From contig VBEI01000005.1 in assembly GCA_005882715.1 (NCBI GenBank), positions 1 to 40,506 of the forward strand: 40,506 nucleotides of DNA. The letters are read 5' to 3'. Position numbers and translations under genes: made by a program. The DNA comes from Chloroflexota bacterium (GTDB lineage: Bacteria > Chloroflexota > Dehalococcoidia > SM23-28-2 > RBG-16-64-32). Below are positions 10,001-16,244 of this stretch, in pieces (positions within the stretch are counted from its first letter, which is position 1; every line of letters starts with the position of its first letter). The notes below the pieces were generated by a model. That model was not told where the DNA came from. It worked only from the letters and a program-made list of their open reading frames with translations, and did no database searches.

Positions 10001-11862
10001 CGCTGCCGACATACAAGGAGATGTGGCAGCAGGCCGACGAGGTCTGGACACGGACGGCAAGGCCGGCGCGTACGCTGATAAAGGTTGGCGTGGCCACCTG
10101 CTCGCGAGTCGTGGGGGCGGAGGAGACGCTCGAGACGCTCAGGAGGGAGGTCCAGGCGCGCAGGCTCGACGCCGACGTCATGCTGACCGGTTGTCTGGGG
10201 CTCTGCTACGCGGAACCACTCGTCGAAGTGATCCGGCCGAACGTCCCAGGTATCCTCTACCAGCTCATGACGGCAGACAAGGTGGCGTCGCTCCTGGAGA
10301 CGGCGGTGGCGGCGGACGGGAACGCGCGCGAGCATGCGCTGGCTGTAATGGGGGACAAAGAATTCGGCGGTCTGCCGGCCCTCGGTTCGCTCGAATTCAT
10401 GCGCGGGCAGGTACGCCGATTGATGGCGAATTGCGGCGTGACGGATCCCGAAAGCATCGACCACTATCTTGCGCGCGGAGGCTACGAAGGGCTAGTTGGT
10501 GCGCTGCGGCTGAAGCCCGTGGAAGTGATCGACGAAGTAAAGAAATCCGGGCTCTGGGGCCGCGGCGGCGCGGCGTTCTCGACGGGTCTGAAGTGGGAAT
10601 TTCTGTATAACGCCAAGCGTAAGCCGAAATACCTGATCTGCAATGCAGATGAGGGCGACCCGGGTTCGTTCGTCAACCGCAACCTGATGGAAAGCGATCC
10701 GCAGCTCCTGGTGGAAGGGATGATCATCGGCGGCTACGCCACAGAGGCGGACAAAGGATGCATCTACATCAGGGACGAGTACCCGTTACCGGTCGAAAGA
10801 ATGGAGCTGGCAGTCGCCCAGGCACGCGAGCGGGGCCTGGTGGGCGAAGGGATCCTGGGAAGCGACTTCTCTTTCGAGCTGGAGGTCGTGCGCGGCGCGG
10901 GGAGCTACGTCTGCGGCGACGAGACGGGGCTGCTGTCATCGCTCGAGGACAGGCGGGGGATGCCGAAGATCAAGCCGCCCTTTCCGGCTCAGGCCGGCGT
11001 CTTCGCGATGCCATCGAACATCAACAACGTCGAGTCTTACACCAACGTGCCCCTAATCATGCGCCACGGGGCTGATTGGTGGGCGGAGATGGGGTCCGAG
11101 AAGCACAAGGGCACGAAGATGTTTTCGCTCTCGGGCCAGATCCAGCGGGTGGGAATTCTGGAGGTGCCGCTCGGAACGCCGACCAGCGACGTCGTGATGC
11201 GTATGGGCGGGGGCCCGCCCAAAGGGCGCAAGTTGAAAGCCGTCCAGCCCGGCGGCCCGCTCTCCGGAGTCATACCGGCAAGCGACGTGGACATCCCACT
11301 GGAACCGGACCCCTATCGCGAGCGCGGGGTACTGATGGGATCGGGCGGGCTCGTGATACTGGACGACACGAACTGCATCGTCGACCTCTGCGTCTACTTC
11401 GAGTGGTTCGCGGAGGACGAATCGTGCGGTCGGTGCACGACCTGCTTCGCGGGGACGCGGCGGATGCTGGAGATCCTGCGCCGGATTAGCAGCGGGCGCG
11501 GGCGGCTGGCCGATCTGGAACTGATCAAACTTTTGGGGAGCATCGCGCAGAACGCGAACTGTTTTCACGGGCAGGGAGCGCCGACAGCCGTCATGTCTAT
11601 GTTCCGCTTCTTCGAGGGCGAGCTTTTGGAACATGTGGAGCGAAAGCGCTGCCCGGCGAAAGTATGTCGCGGTCTGGTGCGCTACGAGGTGCTTCACCAC
11701 TCGGACCGCCTGCCAGCGGCGGAGGCCATCTGTCCCACGAATGCGGTGGTGCGCGACAACGGGACATACAGGATCGACCAGCTGAAATGCATCAAGTGCG
11801 ACGCCTGCCGTGAACAGGCGCCTTATGCTATCGCGGTTGTAGACGAGTTCGCGCCCGCCTGA
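9997..11862 (+). CDS. NuoF/HydB-like FMN/NADH-binding subunit with extra N-terminal Trx-like and C-terminal ferredoxin domains
   Basis: GRGGAAF, CNADEGDPG, GAGSYVCGDET, NNVES, ESCGRCTTC..NC. N-terminal TGCLGLCYAEP and C-terminal CIKCDAC. Confidence 0.92.
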   Translation: MTLPTYKEMWQQADEVWTRTARPARTLIKVGVATCSRVVGAEETLETLRREVQARRLDADVMLTGCLGLCYAEPLVEVIRPNVPGILYQLMTADKVASLLETAVAADGNAREHALAVMGDKEFGGLPALGSLEFMRGQVRRLMANCGVTDPESIDHYLARGGYEGLVGALRLKPVEVIDEVKKSGLWGRGGAAFSTGLKWEFLYNAKRKPKYLICNADEGDPGSFVNRNLMESDPQLLVEGMIIGGYATEADKGCIYIRDEYPLPVERMELAVAQARERGLVGEGILGSDFSFELEVVRGAGSYVCGDETGLLSSLEDRRGMPKIKPPFPAQAGVFAMPSNINNVESYTNVPLIMRHGADWWAEMGSEKHKGTKMFSLSGQIQRVGILEVPLGTPTSDVVMRMGGGPPKGRKLKAVQPGGPLSGVIPASDVDIPLEPDPYRERGVLMGSGGLVILDDTNCIVDLCVYFEWFAEDESCGRCTTCFAGTRRMLEILRRISSGRGRLADLELIKLLGSIAQNANCFHGQGAPTAVMSMFRFFEGELLEHVERKRCPAKVCRGLVRYEVLHHSDRLPAAEAICPTNAVVRDNGTYRIDQLKCIKCDACREQAPYAIAVVDEFAPA

Positions 11863-11893
11863 ACGCCGCTCGCTCGTCGCGCGTCTGGCGCTT

Positions 11894-11934
11894 TTGAGCA
11901 TCTCTGCTCAATTGACGGTAAGGCGTGCTATAAT
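11894..11934 (+). promoter_or_regulatory. Extended -10 promoter with upstream 7-4-7 palindrome
   Basis: TGCTATAAT at 11926-11934. Perfect inverted repeat TTGAGCA-N4-TGCTCAA at 11894-11911. Confidence 0.6.
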
Positions 11935-12049
11935 CCGCGTGCAAAGAACGAGGGTGCGCCTTCCCGACCCGGGGCGGTCCCGAAGGCCTGCGGAGCTGCT
12001 TCGTGGCTCCGCTCACCCAGTGCGCCTCTGCCTTTACCGGGGCTGTCCA

Positions 12050-13615
12050 ATGAGTGTAGTTGAAGGCGCCGGGCGCCGGCCCGGCGTGCGGACGACGAAA
12101 GCGGGCCTGCAGAGCGGCGTACCGAGCAGAGCTGGGCCGGTGCAACCGGACGCCAGCGGACAGCCGGCACCCTCAACGCTGGCCGTCGACTCTCCGTTCG
12201 GTTGGGCGGCGGCGCTCTACCGAAGCATCGTTGACACTTCCCCCGACGCGATCACGGTAACGACGATCGAGGGCAAGATAATTCTTTGCAACCAGCAAGC
12301 GGCGACGCTGCACGGCTTGCAACGAGTCGACGAGATGATCGCCCGTTCGGCCTGGGAGTTCGTGGCGGGAGAAGACATCGAGCGCGCCTCGCGGGATTTC
12401 CTGCGTATTTTGACGGAAGGTAGCATTCGGGACGTCGAGTATTCGCTGTTGCGTGCCGACGGCAGGCGGGTGCCCGTGGAACTTAGCGCATCGGCGATTA
12501 TTGATAAGGAGGGTAAACCGCGAGCGCTAATCAGCGTCGTTCGAGACGTTACGGAGCGGCGGACGGCCCAGGAGGCGCTGCGCCGGAGCGAGGAGCACTT
12601 CCGCCATCTAATCGAGAACGCGCCGGACTTGATCACGGTCATCGAGCCAAGCGGTGAGATTCGCTACCAGAGCCCGTCGGTACGACGGACGCTGGGGTAT
12701 ATGCCAGACGAGCTGGTAGGCACAAGCATCTGGCAAATTATTCATCCGGACGACCTGCGAGAGGTCGGGGATGCAATAGCACGAGGGCTCCTCGAGGTAC
12801 AGTCATCGGAATCGGGGCTGCCACACAAACTGCTTGTCTTCCGGGCGAGGCACAGAGATGGGCGCTGGCGCTACATGGAGGGGTCCGGCAAGGTGCTGAT
12901 GGAGGACGGCCGCGCATATGGGTTGATCAACTCGCGCGACATCACCGACCGGATCGAGGCGGAACGGGCGCTGGAAGCGAGCGAGCGGCGCAAGGCGGCT
13001 ATCTTAAAGACAGCTCTGGACGCAATTATCACCATCGATTACGAGAGCAAGATCCTCGAGTTCAATCCGGCGGCCGAGGCGATGTTCGGTCACGCTGCCG
13101 CCGAGGCGATAGGGAAATCGCTCGACGACCTGATCGTGCCACCTTCGCTGCAAGCCAAGCATCGGCCCGGGATGGAGCGCTACATGACAACCAGTGAGGG
13201 CCCGGTGCTGCGGAAGCGGATCGAGCTGACCGGGATGCGGGCGGATGGAAGTGAGTTTCCGGTGGAAATCGCCATCGTACCCATCGAGATGGCCGGGGCA
13301 ACGATTTTTACCGGCCACGTACGCGATTTGACCGAGCGCAAGCGAGCGGAAGAGGAGCTTCAGCGGGCCAGGGAGGAGCTGGAGAGTAGAGTCGAGCAGC
13401 GGTGGGGCGTGGAAGGTGCGTACGGACTGACTTTTCGCGAGCTGACCGTGTTGCACCTGGCGTCAAGCGGAAGGGCTGACAAGGAGATTGCGGCTACGCT
13501 AGGGATCAGCCCGCAGACCGTAAACAAACACGTGCAGCGGATACTGCACAAGATGGGCGCATCATCCCGCACAGAGGCGGTGGTGCGGGCGATCAAAGAG
13601 GGGGTCGTAGGGTAG
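12050..13615 (+). CDS. One-component regulator: 3x PAS + LuxR-type HTH
   Basis: Three PAS/PAC repeats ending RDVTE/RDITD/RDLTE. C-terminal LTFRELTVL..G..DKEIA..LGIS..TV..HV..I..KMG..SR. Start moved to ATG 12050 because the promoter lies inside the longer ORF call; the exact start is uncertain. Confidence 0.9.
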   Translation: MSVVEGAGRRPGVRTTKAGLQSGVPSRAGPVQPDASGQPAPSTLAVDSPFGWAAALYRSIVDTSPDAITVTTIEGKIILCNQQAATLHGLQRVDEMIARSAWEFVAGEDIERASRDFLRILTEGSIRDVEYSLLRADGRRVPVELSASAIIDKEGKPRALISVVRDVTERRTAQEALRRSEEHFRHLIENAPDLITVIEPSGEIRYQSPSVRRTLGYMPDELVGTSIWQIIHPDDLREVGDAIARGLLEVQSSESGLPHKLLVFRARHRDGRWRYMEGSGKVLMEDGRAYGLINSRDITDRIEAERALEASERRKAAILKTALDAIITIDYESKILEFNPAAEAMFGHAAAEAIGKSLDDLIVPPSLQAKHRPGMERYMTTSEGPVLRKRIELTGMRADGSEFPVEIAIVPIEMAGATIFTGHVRDLTERKRAEEELQRAREELESRVEQRWGVEGAYGLTFRELTVLHLASSGRADKEIAATLGISPQTVNKHVQRILHKMGASSRTEAVVRAIKEGVVG

Positions 13616-13631
13616 AATGTCCTGTCCGGCG

Positions 13632-13676
13632 TACCTAAAAATAGGTATTGACTAGCGGGCGAACGTAACCGACGAT
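13632..13676 (+). promoter_or_regulatory. NarL/LuxR-type 7-2-7 box abutting a sigma70-like promoter (copy 1)
   Basis: TACCTAA-AA-ATAGGTA (13632-13647), TTGACT (13648-13653), 17 nt spacer, weak -10 GACGAT. Confidence 0.6.
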
Positions 13677-13682
13677 AAGGGT

Positions 13683-13788
13683 GTCGCACCCTCCCTTGGG
13701 CAGCGGGCGACCCGTTCCGGTACGGGTTCGCCCAAATATGGCAGCGGGCGAGAACGGTTCCGGTATCGTTCTCGCCCAAATCTTTTGT
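13683..13788 (+). ncRNA. Candidate small RNA, two tandem hairpins with identical TTCCGGTA loops
   Basis: Direct repeats 13699-13737 and 13740-13781. Stems differ in sequence but both pair. Followed by TCTTTTGT. Ends are estimates. Confidence 0.5.
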
Positions 13789-14004
13789 GCCGTAAACTCT
13801 TTGTCGCTTCCCGTTTGATTCCTTTCGCCCGGGCGCCGGCAGGGGTTGATTTTCTTAACCAATCGAGATAAATTAACGGCGCGGTAGGCAATTGCCGTAC
13901 CAAAGACCCTGTGCGCGCAAGCCGCAAGGAGCGGCGCGGGGCGGTAATAGGTGCGACCTTCCAGCGCTGCTGGTATTTGTACCGTCGCAGACCGGAGCGA
14001 CGAA

Positions 14005-15981
14005 ATGAAAGAGCCAGAGCAGTCGCGCTCGCATAAGACAAAGGGAGCGAAGGGTCAGCTCCAGGAGCTGATCGATGTAATCGCGCTACGCGCGTCAACT
14101 GCCGGTGTGGCTGAAGTTCAGGGCATTGAAGATGCCCTGCGATTCGTAGTCGACCGCATATGCCGCCACACCGGCTGGCCGGTGGGGCACGTCTACATGC
14201 CGGCGCCCGATTCTGAGGATGAGTACGTGAGCGCAGGCATCTGGCACCTCGATGACGCCGCGGCGCTCGAACGATTCCGCAAGGCCACGGAGCAGACGCG
14301 GCTCAATGGAGACGTGGGATTACCCGGCCGGGTCCTGTCGTCGGGCAGACCTGCCTGGGTGGTTGACGTAGGGCAGGAGCCGGGCTTCCCCAGAGCCGCA
14401 GCGGCCAGGAGAGCGGGCCTTAAGTCGGCGGTCGCGTTCCCAATTCAGGCCGGCGAACGGACCGGGGCAGTGGTGGAGTTCTTCTCGCGGGAGGTGATGG
14501 AGGCTAACGAGCATCTGCTCGAGGCGATGGTGAGCATCGGCACGGAGCTGGGAAGGGCTTTCGAACGCAGCCGTGAGTTGTCGATGGCGCAGCAGGCGGC
14601 GGAGCTATATCGGAGCGTTGTAGAAACTTCGCCGGACGCCATTATGGTCACGGACCTGAATGGCAGGGTGCTGATGTGCAACCAGCAGGCGGCGGCCCAC
14701 CACGGCGCGGAGGGGCCGGAGGCGATGCTGGGTCTCAGCGGCTTCGATTTCGTGGCACCGGAAGACCGGGAGCGCGCCGTTGAGAATGCGCGGCGCACGC
14801 TAGAGACGGGCGGAGTTCGCAACGTGGAATATACATTGGTCCGGCGGGACGGCTCGCGCATCCCTGCTGAATTGAGCGCGTCGCTGATCCGGGACCCGCA
14901 GGGACAGCCGCGCGCCTTCATCGCTGTTGTGCGCAACGTTGCTGAGCGAAAGAAGTCCGAGGACGCGCTGCGCCAGTCGGAGGAGAAGTTCCGCACGCTG
15001 ACGGAGATGAATGCGGCGGCAACGTTCGTCTTCAAGAAGGGCCGCCTCGTGTACGCGAATTCGGCGGCGGCGGAAATGACTGGATACAGCGTCGACGAGC
15101 TTCTGACCATCGACCCATGGAAGACCGTACACCCCGACTTCCGGGAGAGCCTGGAAGAGGCCTGGCGCGCAACCTTTGAGCGACCCGACCAACCGCCGCC
15201 GAGTGGGTTCGAGGTGAAGATCGTAACGAAGGACGGTGACGAGCGCTGGGTCGAGTACAGCGCCGACCTCGTGGATTGGGAAGGCGGCAGGGGAGTCCTC
15301 GGGACTGCTTACGACGTGACGGAGCGCAAGCAGGCGGAGCAGGCGCTGCGCGACAGCGAGGAACGCTACCGGGTGATGTACCAGGACAACCCCTCGATGT
15401 ACTTTACCGTGGACGCGGCGGGCAGGGTGCTTTCCGTGAACCAGTTCGGCGCGGAGCAGCTGGGCTATGCGCCGGAAGAGCTGGCCGGCACGCCCGTGCT
15501 AGAGGTCTTCTACGATGAGGACAAGGAGGATATCGCCCGCCAACTCCAGCTGTGCATGGACACGCCGGGGAAGATGTCGCACTGGGAATGCCGCAAGGTG
15601 AGGAAGGATGGGGAAGTGGTCTGGGTCAAGGAGGCGGCGCGCGCGACTTTAGACGTCAACGGCGAACTAATCGTGCTCATTGTGTGTGAGGACATCACAG
15701 AGCGCCGGCGGATGGAAGAAGAGCTGCGGAAGGCGAGGGAGGAGCTGGAAGGCAAGGTCGAGCGGCAGATGCAGCAGGGACGGGCCTATGGCCTTACCTT
15801 CCGCGAGCTAACTGTCCTTCACCTGGTTGCGGCCGGAAACTCCGACAGGGAGATGGCTGATAAGCTCGGCATCAGCCCTTTGACGGTGAGCAAGCACGTC
15901 GCCAACATCCTGTCGAAGATGGGGGCGTCCTCACGCAGCGAGGCGAGTGCGCGCGCGGTGCGGGAAGCGCTTCTCGTGTAG
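14005..15981 (+). CDS. One-component regulator: GAF + 3x PAS + LuxR-type HTH
   Basis: GAF (GLPGRVLSSGRPAW..FPR...AFPI), three PAS domains, and the same AYGLTFRELTVLHL HTH as the upstream paralog. GGAG precedes ATG 14005. Confidence 0.92.
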   Translation: MKEPEQSRSHKTKGAKGQLQELIDVIALRASTAGVAEVQGIEDALRFVVDRICRHTGWPVGHVYMPAPDSEDEYVSAGIWHLDDAAALERFRKATEQTRLNGDVGLPGRVLSSGRPAWVVDVGQEPGFPRAAAARRAGLKSAVAFPIQAGERTGAVVEFFSREVMEANEHLLEAMVSIGTELGRAFERSRELSMAQQAAELYRSVVETSPDAIMVTDLNGRVLMCNQQAAAHHGAEGPEAMLGLSGFDFVAPEDRERAVENARRTLETGGVRNVEYTLVRRDGSRIPAELSASLIRDPQGQPRAFIAVVRNVAERKKSEDALRQSEEKFRTLTEMNAAATFVFKKGRLVYANSAAAEMTGYSVDELLTIDPWKTVHPDFRESLEEAWRATFERPDQPPPSGFEVKIVTKDGDERWVEYSADLVDWEGGRGVLGTAYDVTERKQAEQALRDSEERYRVMYQDNPSMYFTVDAAGRVLSVNQFGAEQLGYAPEELAGTPVLEVFYDEDKEDIARQLQLCMDTPGKMSHWECRKVRKDGEVVWVKEAARATLDVNGELIVLIVCEDITERRRMEEELRKAREELEGKVERQMQQGRAYGLTFRELTVLHLVAAGNSDREMADKLGISPLTVSKHVANILSKMGASSRSEASARAVREALLV

Positions 15982-16019
15982 TTATCAACACCAGCAAGAT
16001 TTTAAATAAGCCACAAAAA

Positions 16020-16065
16020 TACTAGAAATCAGGTATTTACCAGCCTCTGCGGTTCCCTAAATAAT
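16020..16065 (+). promoter_or_regulatory. NarL/LuxR-type 7-2-7 box abutting a sigma70-like promoter (copy 2)
   Basis: TACTAGA-AA-TCAGGTA (16020-16035), TTTACC (16036-16041), AATAAT (16060-16065). Confidence 0.55.
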
Positions 16066-16070
16066 TGAGG

Positions 16071-16132
16071 TACCCTCTTTTTGGGCTCCGCGGGCCGGGC
16101 GAGCCGCAACGCTTGGCCCGCTCCCTTTTTTT
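16071..16132 (+). ncRNA. Candidate ~60-nt small RNA ending in an intrinsic terminator
   Basis: Begins TACCCTCTTTTTGGGC, like copy 1. 12-bp stem 16090-16101/16110-16121 with 8-nt loop AGCCGCAA, then T7. Confidence 0.45.
16090..16132 (+). terminator. Rho-independent terminator
   Basis: GCGGGCCGGGCG / CGCTTGGCCCGC stem followed by TCCC-TTTTTTT. Confidence 0.8.
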
Positions 16133-16191
16133 ACAGGCCGTCTACCGAGGGGTTGTGACAGCCCGCGCTTCGATTTCATCTCGAGCGAGGC

Positions 16192-16197
16192 TATAAT
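16192..16197 (+). promoter_or_regulatory. -10 box for mutS
   Basis: Consensus TATAAT about 48 nt before the likely GTG start. Confidence 0.5.
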
Positions 16198-16244
16198 ACG
16201 TGCCAAAGCCGTCGGACCGAAGCGTTCAAGGTGCAGCCGGCCGC

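Noticed and set aside
11912-11917. TTGACG as -35 of the 11929 TATAAT
   Set aside because: The spacer is only 11 nt; the extended -10 explains the promoter.
11894-12049. N-terminal extension of PAS-LuxR gene 1 as in the ORF track
   Set aside because: It overlaps a consensus TGCTATAAT promoter and has non-protein-like composition.
13699-13781. Mini CRISPR array
   Set aside because: Only two units, essentially no spacer between them, variation is inside the repeat, and no cas genes are present.
13738-13818. 26-codon ORF MAAGENGSGIVLAQIFCAVNSLSLPV in the hairpin region
   Set aside because: No RBS, the start is buried between hairpins, and cassette 2 has no equivalent.
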